A stretch of DNA of 64,000 nt from Oikopleura dioica (Eukaryota; Animalia; Chordata): contig OU015569.1 in NCBI GenBank assembly GCA_907165135.1, positions 1,302,001 to 1,366,000 of the forward strand, given 5' to 3'. Position 1 is the stretch's first letter; every line of letters starts with the position of its first letter. A program made the position numbers and the translations under genes. The notes beneath the pieces are model-generated. The model had not been told where the DNA came from and did no database searches. It worked only from the letters and a program-made list of their open reading frames with translations. Shown here piece after piece: positions 50,060 through 61,500 of the stretch.

Positions 50060-50590
50060 TCACTACCAGCTCATGAGCACGTAAGCATGAGCTGCCCATG
50101 AGCACGTGAGCACGAGCTGCTCATGAGCAGTGCTCATGCTCACTGAATTTGGAGGACCCACGTGCTCACGCGAGCTCGTGCTCACTTTTCAAATTTCAAA
50201 CCCTGACCCTGACCTCTATTCTCCAAAATCAGAAGAGCGCCCTTTCGGACAGTGATAAATTTGCCACTCGGCAGGGACCATCTGTCATTTTTTCTTTCTG
50301 CCCTGCACTATTTAGAAAGATAAAAAAGGTGGCTCTTTATAACAGTTGAAAACCAATCAATCAATTATTTTTCGCGCCCTTTTTTTCAGAAGACTCTACA
50401 TTTTAGCCGAAAATAAAAGAAAGGAGGGCGAAAACAACTTCATTTTTCTGAAAATCGAGAAGCCGCTTGCGGCTAAGTTCGAACTAAAAAAAAGAGTTAA
50501 CAGCGCGGCTTAATTTAACTCTCGACACGTGACTGAAAGCGGCTTCTCGATTTTTTCAGATTGAAAGGTTCGAATTTCGCCGTCTTCACA
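50060..50590. repeat. Cluster of transposon remnants next to the tRNA
   Basis: TGAGCA(C) arrays at 50070-50185; inverted pair ctgaaaatcgagaagccgctt / aagcggcttctcgattttttcag at 50447-50560. Confidence 0.55.
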
Positions 50591-50628
50591 TGATGATAAG
50601 AGTTCACATGAAAGGTGCTCGAACAGCC

Positions 50629-50701
50629 GGTCTTGTGGCGCAATGGATAACGCGTCTGCCTACGGAGCAGAAGATTCCAGGTTCGAGTCCTGGCAAGATC
50701 G
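50629..50701 (+). tRNA. trnR-ACG: tRNA-Arg(ACG)
   Basis: Acceptor stem GGTCTTG/CAAGATC, D arm TGGCGCAATGGATAACGCG, anticodon stem TCTGC-CTACGGA-GCAGA, T arm CCAGG-TTCGAGT-CCTGG, T4 terminator downstream. Confidence 0.98.
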
Positions 50702-50834
50702 CATCTTTTGTCTCAAGATTCTAGAGACTGTTCCTGCTTCTTATTAGTCCAGGGGCACTCTTGATAAAATTCGCGACATTTTATCAGCAAACTTTTTATT
50801 TGAAAATTAAATACTGTACAAAAATAATTTTTGA

Positions 50835-52681
50835 TCATAAATAGTTTTTTAATCGCAGTGAGGTTTTATGCAGTGGGTCTTCGGCGAGAGCGCGTTCCAA
50901 CCACCATTTGGCTTTATCGTTTTGATTCAGTTTCAAATAGTTTATTGCCAAGAGACTGAAGTAAGAAGCACGCTCGTGGTTATTGTAATCGACCACCAGT
51001 GCCCGGGCGTCAGATTGATATTCGAGCACTTCTAGCGAGCGATTGTAGTTTCCTTCTTGAAATCGTATTCTTCCAAGGTTGAACCGGCATCTGCGAGAAT
51101 TCGTGAAGCATTTCTCGTAAAATCCCAGAGCTTTATCTTTCTCGCCACTTCGTTCGTTGAGAACACCGAGATTGAGGAGACAAAGAGGATGGCTCCTTTT
51201 ACGTCGGAGACAGCTTTGGAAGCTGCTCTCTGCGCGAGCACTTTCGTTCTTCTCGAAAAGGATGCTTCCGAAGTTGTAGAACATGTCCGCCGACTGATGC
51301 CGGCTTAGCGCGCTTCTCATCAAAATTTCCGATTTCTCCAACTGGCCCAGATCTGCGTAAGCCAACGCCAAGTTGACCGTTGACTTCACCGAGCCAAGCG
51401 CGGCAGCTGTTTCGGAAAGGATCAGCTCGTTTTCCAACCAAGCGCGTCCGCGAATATGTGCCTTCGCTGAGAATATTACTATCCAGCTTAGATGCAGAAG
51501 TTTCTTCGAAAACCTTGAAAATCATTTTTAAGAAAATTTTAAAATTCAAAACTATTACTTTGAAAGATTTGCCTTTTTCATTGCTTCATTCGTTATTCTT
51601 AGAACAAAGAGAAGGAAACCAATCGAAACCGGATAGAGACATCTCTCTGCTCGTATAAATCCAACGAATGATATGAGATTGGAAGAGGGAAGGTACAGAA
51701 ATGCGCTCAGTAGAATACTCGTCTTCGTCCATTTATCGCCATGCAAAAGTAATTTTCCGACGAGAATCGCTATCAGACAGGAACCAAGGCAGTTCCATTC
51801 CGAGAAAGAATATGTTCCTTTTGACCAGTCGTGGCAAAGCGAGATCGGGCAAACCATCTGTCTTACGTTTTCGAAGATCAATCCAAGTGCATGAACGCGG
51901 GAAGGTAAATCGTTATCCAGCTGGCTGAATTTCGCCACATTTACGCGTGTGAGCATAATGCGACAACTTGCGAGAACGACGAAGACTGCCAGAGGTGCTA
52001 GTGGCACTTGGACCGATTTTGCCGATTGTCGATGGAGCAAGAATTGGCTCGCAAGAAAAAGAGGAAACAGGATCAAGCCAGTTTCTTTTATTGGAATCGT
52101 CGCGACCGCGGCGGCCAGCATGAGCCACTCATTCTGCGGTTCATTCGCGATTTGGCCGAGCAACACCAGCAGAATGGTGGCAACGAGCATGTCAGCGCGG
52201 CCAACAAGAGTGTAGACAGCTTCCGACATGACTGGATACGAAAGGAATAAAAATCCACCAATGTGGGGAACAAAGTCCGTGTCGAGGCACTTTTGGGAAA
52301 GTCGTTCGAATAAAAATGCATTTGTTGCATGAAGAAATATGTTGAAGAAATGCATCCAAAAAAGATTCGACTTCTGCAATCGGAAAGAGAGCGAGACTAA
52401 CGGCCTCCAACTATGAGTACTTGTTTCAGAGCGTATCGGAGCTCCCCAAAAATCGTAGAGCGCCAGATGATAAAGAGGGTTTAAATCAGCTCGAAGAGCT
52501 AGATTTTCTTCAATAGCTCGCCTGAGAAAAAATTAAGAGTTATGTCCACTGCGCTCTCATTTGAAAATTGGTACCTGTCATCGAAGAGAAATTTTTTCTG
52601 TCGCAAGACTCCGCCGTAAATAATGAAACCAAATATCTGCAAGGCACAAAAGTACGCGGCATTTCTCTTGTCGACGACCAT
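50835..52681 (-). CDS. TMTC-family protein O-mannosyltransferase (TM domain + TPRs)
   Basis: KFLFDD N-terminal motif, SEAVYTLVGRADML, LCHDWS, GFIRAERCLYPVSIGF, C-terminal TPRs (NLALAYADLG, FYNFGSIL, LLNLGVL, FNLGRI). Confidence 0.88.
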
Positions 52682-53002
52682 GAATCATGACGTTGGAAAA
52701 TCAAGAGCCCCTGAAGAATATCGAGAGAAGCGTCCTGTGACGCTGGATTAGCGCCACTGCGAGCAGATGTGCCCAATTTTTACACAAATAAAAACAACGC
52801 TTGAAAAAAGAAGAGGACGCCAAAACAGTCAAGATTTTTGAAAGACAATTGTTTCTACCTTCAGTATTCTCGAGCGAGAACAATGAAAGCCTTTTTGAAA
52901 GTAATTCCCTGCTGCGCTCGTTGTCGGAAGCGAACTGATGTTCTGATTTTTGAAGGATTTATTTTCATGAAATTTTGAATAAGTTAAGAACTATGACACG
53001 TT

Positions 53003-56000
53003 TCATCGGTTAGTCTTGCGGAATCGATAGGCCAGAACTCCGTACGCTAAAACTTGAGTTTGAGGACTATTAGTTAAAAAATATGGACTAAACCAATTTA
53101 TGGAAGTGCATTTTTGGATCACCGATAAGATTGCTGTATTTGGCCTACCGGCCAATCAAAACCCTGATCCATAAAATCAGGGCGATCAGGGTTTTGATTG
53201 GCCTGTTGGCCAAATACAGCAATCTTATTGGTAATCCTAAAATTCCCTTCCATAATTGGTTTAACCCAAAATACAACATACCTAAAACTCTGAAAACAAC
53301 GGAAAGTAAGACCAGGAGCCAATTATTTCTCGAGAAATTTTCGGGCTCATAGTTGAGCGCTTCTATCACCAGATTCCCATCGAACTCGACTGGTCGGCTG
53401 TCGGGACAGCGCTCTCCTCTGTTGATGCATGTCGAGTTCGAGTTGATGAGTCCTTCGACGAACTGGTCGTAAAGATCTTCGGGCGATGGAATTTCCGGAA
53501 CGCCAGTGGGGAAGGGAAAGTCCCCTGGAATGGGGATGCCCGTGACATACTCTGGCGGAACGGTTGGAAATGTGACGCCATCCAAACTTCCCGAAAAGTC
53601 GAAGCAGTCTTAGTAAATCTAATAAATCAAAGACTTGGCAGTTGAAAATTACCTTCGGGAATGGGAATATCCAGTTGGGAAATATTGAGACTCATGCAAA
53701 TGCTAGAATCGACCCACTGGTTCGTAACCATGTTCTCTACGCCGTAGTAAAACCACGATATGTACTTTTGAGGCATTTTTAATTTTAGAAATTTTGAATC
53801 AACCAATTTTACCTGAAAAGGAATAAAATAAATGGGAACTTGTTTCGCCGGAATAAAGAAACCAGACAACAAAAATAATGGAATCAACAAGGACGGAGCT
53901 TGAAAGTTCAAAAGTTAATGGCAACGGAGAAAAAAAAACCTACCTATAGTGTTTGCTTCTTTTACGTTTCTAGCGAGAGCAGATATAAAATAGCCGTACC
54001 CAGTGCAAGCAGTCGCGACGAATACGTTGATCAGATAGCACCAAAAGAAAGTATTGACATCGGCCGCGAATCCACACATGAAATAAATTATAATTGTATA
54101 CAAGAGAGGCATTACGATGAAAAACGGAAGTCCTTGGGATTCTGGGTTGAAACGAGCTTCCATGATTCATTTTTTAATAAAGTTATTTTAACCCTTTTCC
54201 TGCGAGCACTTCTGCGAAAAACGCGGCAAAAATAGTATAGTGCCCGCCGTAATGTTCCCTTCTTATTACTGGCACTTGAAGAGGGAAAGCCATTAAAACA
54301 AGAAACAGATAACACATCGAGTAGGAAGTAACCATGACAAATAAGGCGGAGGTGACGGTTTGTGCGCTGTTCCTGTCGTAAGAAGAATCCCATGGAATGC
54401 GCAGAAATAAGAGACCGATGAAAATCGCTGTTCCGAGATTTTGAAAGACTTTCATCGCTGCAAATGTAGTATCTCTGTACTAAAGAAAGACAGCTCAGTG
54501 CAAATTTCAAAAGCGAAAGAAGCTTACATGTGATATCATCGCTCGCCACAGAAGCCAGCGCATTTGAACAAACAACGATGCTCGTTTCGTATCTGTAGGA
54601 ATGTTTTCTGAAGACGCGAAACGGCCGCTAAGGGCATCGACCATTTTCAAGTTCTTTTTCGCCGTTTTAGTGATTGAATATCGCTGGCAAATTGCGTCCA
54701 TCTTCTTGTAACTCTCTTCTTCTCTGCCCGGGATGAGTGCGATGTGGTTGATGTAGTGGTCGCAGGGATTGAAATTCATCGGAATGGGAAAGCCCATTTT
54801 TTCGAAAAACTTTGGAGTCTTGGCGGTCGGGCCTAGGAAGGCGACTTTGCCCTGCGCAAGCAGCAGCAAGTGACTGAACAAGTCAAAGACCTGACTACTT
54901 GGCTGGTGGATTGTGCATAAGATCGTCGTGCCACTCTGCGAGAGTGTTTTTAGAGTTCTAATGACAGTTTCTGCCAAGTAAGAGTCCAAACCAGAAGTCG
55001 GCTCGTCACAGAAAATTATCGGCGGGTCGGTAAGAATCTCCGTCGCAAATGAGAGACGTTTCATTTCACCACCAGAAATTGTTTTCGACATTCCAGGAAT
55101 CCCAATCACTAAACAAAAACTTCGCGAAAAAGTCGAGTGGTCTCTAGAACGCGAGATAAGATATGCTTGTTTTCTATTTTTTCTCATTTGTCTTCAACTC
55201 AATGTTGGAGCTTGATCGTCCGAAAGAGAGCGTTTATCAGGTAATTAAACGATTTTTTGATTATTAATAATAATATAATAATCTATTATAATAAAGTAAG
55301 ATCTTTAATTTAGAAGAAAATTCTGTCGACTCTTCCGAAAAGTAGAAAACCTACTACTTCAATTACAAAAAGTGCAGAACGCACCACACCTGCAATCTGC
55401 AAATCCTGAATAAAATCAATTTCGCATAAATATGCTGCATAAATATGCTGCTTCGATGAAGAAAAAAAATCAAAGCAGCATATGTTGTCGTCTTGTTTTT
55501 CTTGAGGTGGTTAAGTTGGTTGAGTGTTGAGTAGATTAGAGTGACTGTAAGTTAAAGAGAGGGAAAGAAGTGGTGATTACCGGTATCTTTGCACTTGGTC
55601 AGGCCCATTTGCTCAATCACGTGTTCAACTCGTTCAATTTGCTCGGACTTTGTTTTATGTGACATCCTGAGAGCGGCATGAAAAACCAATTGTTCTCGCA
55701 CAGTCATTGAGCCAATAAATATATCATCTTGTTGAACGTACGCAGATATTTCTGCAAAGAGGTGAGAATTTTATAGTTAGCTATTAAAGATCTAAGGGGA
55801 TAGAACTGCGATAGAGGTTAAATTGAGCACCATTCCTGGCATGTTATCTTCGACTAGATGGCCATTGACAGAGACTTGGCCTTCGACAGTTAGGTTTCCT
55901 AAATTACGACCGGCCAAAACATTCATCAGGGTTGATTTGCCAGCACCACTGCTGCCCATAATCGCCATCAAAGACCCTCTTGGAACATAACCATTTATGT

Positions 56001-56247
56001 TCTTGATTATTTCTTTGGAGAATCCCTTCCCCTTGACGACCAAGTTAGACCAGGCAATATCGCAGGCGTCTTGCCTGATAAAGTGAACTTCTCCATGTTC
56101 GTCGCTCTTGACTTCGCCCAGCTCTAGTTGGACTTCGTCGATTCTACTCGCAGATGAAAACCTTTTCTAAACCTTTTAAATTTCATCTTGAGACACTTGT
56201 TCACACCTGTTCCTAATCTGGTCCTTCTCTGGCTGTCGCTTCGCCAT
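53003..56247 (-). CDS. ABCG half-transporter, white/scarlet-like
   Basis: Walker [16 protein letters not shown], signature [32 protein letters not shown]2 membrane domain; last exon [14 protein letters not shown]-stop at 53003. Confidence 0.93.
53047..53281 (-). other. Last intron of the ABCG gene, largely a hairpin, bounded by an 8-bp direct repeat
   Basis: GTATGT donor and TTTTAG acceptor give in-frame FRVL-AYGVL; AGTTTTAG at the exon end (53282-53289) and intron end (53047-53054); inverted arms about 53085-53270. Confidence 0.8.
55163..55409 (+). CDS. Putative two-exon 57-aa microprotein nested antisense in an ABCG intron
   Basis: Exons 55163-55240 and 55314-55409 in frame via GT-AG; [16 protein letters not shown]..; stop overlaps CCTGAATAAAATCAATTT. 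Confidence 0.3.
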
Positions 56248-56451
56248 CGTTGACGAAGGTAAAAACAATTTGAATTTGATTTATTCCGATAAATGGAATA
56301 AATTTTTTGAGTGTCAGATTATGACACTCCTTTGAATAACAACGCTCATCTTTTGTCCGACTTTATTTGAGATAAAACGTCACTGACCTCACCCTGTATT
56401 TGCCCTGTACATTCATTTAAACAAAGATTAATTTTGATAAAAAAGGAACAA

Positions 56452-56638
56452 AAAGGTTTCGGCGCCCATCTGAATGCCCCGGTCGAGTTGTTGTGCCAAT
56501 GTGTTCAAACCTCTGAAATAGGCTTCTCTCGCTTTCAGGTAACACCAGTCTAGCCTGTTCCTGAGAAGTTCAAGCGTCTCGGCGTCAAGGGCCGGAAATC
56601 TGCGGCGGTGGACAAGCGGGTGAGACAAACCGAAACCC
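56452..56638 (-). ncRNA. Candidate Pol III structured RNA, copy 1 (family unassigned)
   Basis: Starts GGGTTTCGG about 30 nt after TTTATAA; 5' end pairs with 3' CCGAAACC; ends in two T runs; near-identical to copy 2. Confidence 0.55.
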
Positions 56639-56639
56639 T

Positions 56640-56815
56640 GAAAATTCCCGCAACTCGCACCCTTATAAAGCGATTTTTGGGTTTTTTTTACCACGGGCGC
56701 CTCTTCCTTCTGATCGAAGATTATAGATATCTCTAAAATCAGTGATCTGAAGGGAGGAGCCCTTGCGAAAACTCGAAAATCGCTTTATAAGGGAGCGACT
56801 TTCGCAAGATTTTCA
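56640..56815. promoter_or_regulatory. Back-to-back type-3 Pol III-like promoters
   Basis: Each direction has AAAATCGCTTTATAAGGG at about -30 and a shared GATCWGAAGGRAG motif at about -72 to -77; the sequence between these motifs and the start differs between copies. Confidence 0.5.
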
Positions 56816-57002
56816 GGGTTTCGGTTTGTCTCACCCGTTTGTCCACTGCCGCCGGATTCCGGCCACTGACGCCGAGACGCTTGAACTTCTCAGGAACAGG
56901 CTAGACTGGTGTTACCTGAAAGCGAGAGAAGCCTATTTCAGAAGTTTGGACACATTGGCACAACAACTCGACCGGGGCATTCAGATGAGCGCCGAAACCT
57001 TT
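56816..57002 (+). ncRNA. Candidate Pol III structured RNA, copy 2 (family unassigned)
   Basis: As copy 1; terminator CCTTTTTGCCATTTTTTT. Confidence 0.55.
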
Positions 57003-57335
57003 TTGCCATTTTTTTGGGAATCAAGGAAGAGAATTATTTCTAACACACAATTTTTTCGGTTGCTCAAAAATTATTGTGGATCATTTTTTATAAACTAGTG
57101 TAAAAGAACCTTAGAAATTGGATAAACCAAAATGTAGAAAATCTACAACGTAAAAATGAATTACGCGCATTAACGAATCATGAGTCAAGTTCGATTGTAG
57201 AAGCTGATTCTGTCGCGTATTTACCCTTCGAGCGAGAGCATTTTTTTGTTTTCTTTTGTGACAAAAGTGCGATTTGAAGGAAACCGCCAACACGAACAAG
57301 CACCGCGAATTCTAAAAAAAAGAGAAATTCTTCAA

Positions 57336-58252
57336 ATGGACGACTTTTTCAACCCAGCGCCAGAGAATTCTGCCCCTGCTTCAGAGCCAGCTGCGGTTGC
57401 TTCTGACCCAGCTGCTGATTTTCTTGGAGGTGAAGTAGCAGCGGTTGCAGATATCAATGAAGCACCCGAAGAATTGACCGTAGGAATGTGGTACGAGTTC
57501 ATACAGTAGCATTAGTTAGAATTCAATAATAAGTAATTAATTTTTCGACCCTCAAAAGATAGCGAAAGCCCTGTTGATTTGGCCGGTGAATTTCCCGCAG
57601 CTGCAACTGAAGAACCGGTTGAAATCATGGAAGAAGGTTTGTCCGATCTTTTTTAATTTTCCGCGGATTAATTTTGGAAACTCTTGTAGATGCTCTTCGA
57701 GGCATGCTGAGTTCGGCGCCATCTGAATTGCCAGAAACTCGAACAGACCCCTCGCAAATCGTCAATTCAATGAACCTGGCGGATGAGCGCATTTCACAAC
57801 TAAACAGCGAGTCCGAGAGCGTCCGAAAATGGCGACAAGAGAATGAACAACGAATCGCGCAAACTGACGCCAAAGAAAGCAGTGACCTTGAAGAATGGAA
57901 GTCCACTGCCAAGTCACAGATCGACGAGTTTTACAAGTTGATTAAGTAGTAGCAAGCACTGGCTAAAATCTAAATATTCAGAACTTACGAAGCTGAAAAT
58001 CAAAAGCGCAAGAACCAAAATAGAACTTCTACTGCCTCCCAGCCACCTTCCCTCGACGACCCAAAAAAGGTAATGCATTAAAAGGTTAAGTAATCACAAA
58101 TAACTTTTTAGGCATGGCAGCAGATCGGTGACTTCATTGACTTCAATGCCAGTCGACAGGCAAAAGAGACGAACAAGGATAGAATGAAGTCGCTTCTGTT
58201 TAAACTGAAGACAACTCCGCCTGTCAAGGAAAGAGTTCCATCTAGTAATTGA
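57336..58252 (+). CDS. CLTA: Clathrin light chain
   Basis: DPAADFLG N-terminal motif, ESESVRKWRQENEQRIAQTDAKE..EW, C-terminal AWQQIGDFIDF..DRMKSLLFKLK. Confidence 0.92.
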
Positions 58253-59213
58253 ACACTAACTGCTAAATAGAGTTAGAGCTAACACTTGACAGAGAAGGAA
58301 CTCTATAAAGGCAGTTTGAAAGACCCTAGAATTATACTATCCATGATCACTTCATCTATTATGTCGCAAAGTTCACTTTATTTTCATTAAAAACACGAGA
58401 GCCAAAAACTGCTTATCACTTTGTACTACAAAGATTGTAGTTTTCATTCGCAAATGCAGGGCCCTACAGTCCCTCTACTATAGAAAGCTAAACCATAAAA
58501 TGGCGGAAGCAGAATCATTTTTGATAAACTAAACGTCAAAAAATGTTTTGAAACAGCAGGCTGATCAAAATTCCAGAGGGGCTTTAGAATTCGTAATTGA
58601 AAAAATCTTAATATCCAACGAGAGAAATCTAAAGACTTACTTTACATTATATGTTTTTTTTTTTGTTTATGCATGTAAAAAGCAGATTGCATTGGCAATA
58701 TATTTTGACAATGCCCCAGTTATGCAAAGAACTCTTAATCGACTAGAATCTGATTTGCATAATGCTGACTTCCTATATGAATGTGATTTTCTGCTTCAAG
58801 CTTTCTTTTCTTTTATTGCTTTGGAATAGCATCCAAAATAACATAATGACAATTTGTCAAAAACACACAGTTTACAATGTTTTAACATGTTTAAACTTTA
58901 CATGTTTTTCGTTTCTTCTGCGAAGCAATTGGAAAGCATCTGCAGCTGAGTCTCAATTGCAAGAAGATCTGACAAGCGGCTGGTGTAGATATCAGGGAAG
59001 TCGCCGCGCTCCCCTTTTCGGAAGCAGCTGTCTAGCGTCTGCTTCTTCATCGTGAAATCAGCATACGTTGGATCTCAGTAAAGTCATCAATCTTCTGCGT
59101 AACAATCCGATGTCGCCAAGGAGCGTGTTGAATATTTAACCGCAAGCCGGATCCAGTCATCCATCAAAATATACATTTACTCCTCAATTCACTACTAAAA
59201 CTCAAAAGCAGCA

Positions 59214-59666
59214 ATGAAGCGAACTTCTACGCCATCCGTCTATGCCTACCCACTCCACTTCAACGAAAGCATCATCTCCGAGATCGAAAACGAGAAACGA
59301 TTCTCCTTCACCGCTTTTTCCGAAAATGGCTCGGACTGGTCCATCCTTTCGCTTTCGCAGAAATCGACAACTTCATCGAAGAGTGTTCTGCGATCGTCTG
59401 CCAAGGGGCTAAAGAAGAAGATCTGCAAGAAGCTCCGGATCAGGAAGCTGAGAGAATCGATGCGCAACAAGCTCTCCAAGACAGAGATCAACGAAATCAT
59501 GGTACCTCCAAACAGCTCGTCCCTGAACACAAAAGTCTCTTCTCGAATCCGATCTGCTAAGGAACTCGACTGTTTGGACGACTACGACATTGTCGCCTGG
59601 GAAGAATCCCTAGAGGAAAAGGCCAAGTTTCGACTTACCAATCCCTTCAAGCGACAGAAGAAGTAA
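59214..59666 (+). CDS. Single-exon 150-aa hypothetical protein (basic, Ser-rich)
   Basis: ATG-initiated ORF with GC-richer coding composition; no family recognised. Confidence 0.5.
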   Translation: MKRTSTPSVYAYPLHFNESIISEIENEKRFSFTAFSENGSDWSILSLSQKSTTSSKSVLRSSAKGLKKKICKKLRIRKLRESMRNKLSKTEINEIMVPPNSSSLNTKVSSRIRSAKELDCLDDYDIVAWEESLEEKAKFRLTNPFKRQKK

Positions 59667-59871
59667 ATTTTATGCACTACCTGTTTCATCCTTTATCGTT
59701 TCGTGTTTTTTTTCGATTGTTGAATAAAAAAATCAAATCGAAATTTATTTGTTAAAATTGTTAGATTTATTCTTCTTAGGTAGAAAATCAAGTTGAAATC
59801 AAGGAAGAGTCTTTGCAATGAAAAAGTGTCCAGATTGCTTTCGATCTTTATTTTCGCGAATGAATTGAGAA

Positions 59872-60627
59872 TCAGTAAATTTTTGATAAAGTCTTGGACT
59901 CGCCAACGCCGCAAAACTGCGTCTGATACATTGGAGTAGGTTCGATTGTTGGCTGAATAGAACTTGTCTTAGAATTTCGAATCGCCTTTCACCTGTGTAG
60001 CGTGAACAAGAGGTTGAGCTGGGACACGACCAGGAACAGCTCCTCGTGCAGGAATGTGTTTCTTCTTGTTGCAACCGTATCTTGTGTGGCTCTCTTTGAT
60101 GCGCCCATCAAGTGTTAGTTGCGTGTAGTTTTCTCTGAAAACTTTCAGATAGAGCAGATTCTTCTATGTCTTCATCGAATCCGCTTGACTTTACCTGGAT
60201 TCTGTATTAATCGTCCTCGGAGCTCCGCCGCTTCCAGAGATGTGAACGAGGTTCTTTGTCGGATCTTCTCCAGGTGTCATGCCGAGAAAGCTTTTTTGGT
60301 AAGTAGACTTCTGAAGATTAGAAAAAATGAAAATATCAATCAAATTATGATTCCACGAGCTTCAATCTTTTCTTTAATTGAGCCTTCATGGCTGCTCTGA
60401 AAGCCTCTGAGTCTCCGTCTCCGAGACCGTCTTCGATCGGCCGTTGGTGGTGGTCCATGAACATTTGGCTGATTTCTTTAATTACGGAACACGAAAAATG
60501 ATTGCTTACTCAGGATGAGGTCTGTTGTTCCGCTGCCCAGATGCTGTCCCAGAGCGAATTGGTTCATGAGCTACGTATTCTTTTTGGTTGTGATATTCGC
60601 CATTTGTCGTTGTCGGGAGCGCATCAT
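59872..60627 (-). CDS. Multi-exon hypothetical protein, possibly a ciliary microtubule inner protein
   Basis: Exons reading TTKKEYVAHEPIRSGTASGQRNNRPHP, QKSTYQKSFLG and MYQTQFCG; short T/S-Y-x-x-x-F repeats resemble microtubule inner proteins (inference). Confidence 0.4.
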
Positions 60628-61084
60628 CGACTTTTTACTTTTAGAAAATAATGAATAAAGCAGCGTTCTAGCCAATTTTTATCATTTTTTTCGTAAAATT
60701 CCTTTATAAGGGCGCTGAGCTGCGAATTCAGTGGTGGCCGGCCTGAGTGGAGCGCTTTTGCGCGCTAGAATTAAATTTCGTCTCTATCCAGATGAGCACA
60801 GATCTACCTTGAATAGCTTGGAACTCTCTCTGATGACTGGTGGTGTACATCTTCAGGGGCAGAAGTGAAAACACTTTTGATCATTTCGAGTCTTTTTTGC
60901 AACAACTACTTGGTTGCCATGGAGGCCCAAATTGTGATGACATTCAAATTTCTTTGAAATGGCAAACCCAACTTTTGTCTGTCTTTTCAGAATTCAGTCA
61001 CAGCCCGCCGTGCACAAGAGTTAGTTGTCATCATTTATTTCATAAATTTGGTTTAATTAATTATTAAATTTTTGCAAAAAACTA

Positions 61085-61500
61085 TCAAGCGGCGCCTCCT
61101 ATCGGACATGGGAGGGACCAGTTTGCCATGTCTATACTACCGGTAGTTTCCATCATAGACGATACATGTATGTCAGAGGGTGTCCACAATGTAATCCCAC
61201 GGTAGTATTCTAAGGAGTTTGGACCTGATAGAACCTTCGAAGGTGGTGAATCCTTCATCATCGATTTACAGTTTTTTTTAGTGCCAGGTATCCTGAGCGT
61301 CAAGCTACACTGGCAGTCAAGGGGACTCTGAAACTGTTCAATGTGACCAGAGCCTTATAAACTTCAGCTCCATTTGCCCAAGATGGAGATCCGCTTTGCT
61401 GGTGCCTGGCGCTAGAATCAGACCGCCGCCCTAACAGGGAAGACGGAGACGCAACCTCCGTACCAACTTCTTTGTCAGCAGCGTCTCCTCCCGTCAGACG
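61085..61500 (-). mobile_element. Possible degenerate non-LTR retroelement C-terminal fragment
   Basis: Intronless, broken frames; WANGAEVYKALVTLNSFRVPLT loosely resembles the region before the CCHC finger of RLE-type LINEs. Weak. Confidence 0.2.

Noticed and set aside
53119-53352. Overlapping ORFs on both strands and the extended C-terminus of ORF 53145-53585
   Set aside because: Artifacts of reading through the hairpin intron; the true C-terminus is in the exon ending at 53003.
56816-57002. Assignment as U3, 7SK, SRP, telomerase RNA or RNase MRP/P
   Set aside because: No C/D boxes, no GAUC pair, no SRP helix-8 motif, no CUAACCC template, and no convincing CR-I/P4 partner; left unassigned.
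56428-57098. Paired similar ORFs of 88 and 111 aa
   Set aside because: They start at non-ATG codons upstream of the TATA motif and run through T tracts; an RNA gene explains the conservation better.
60830-60875. CTGATGA...GAAA hammerhead-like core
   Set aside because: Stem II does not close next to GAAA, and stems I and III are absent.
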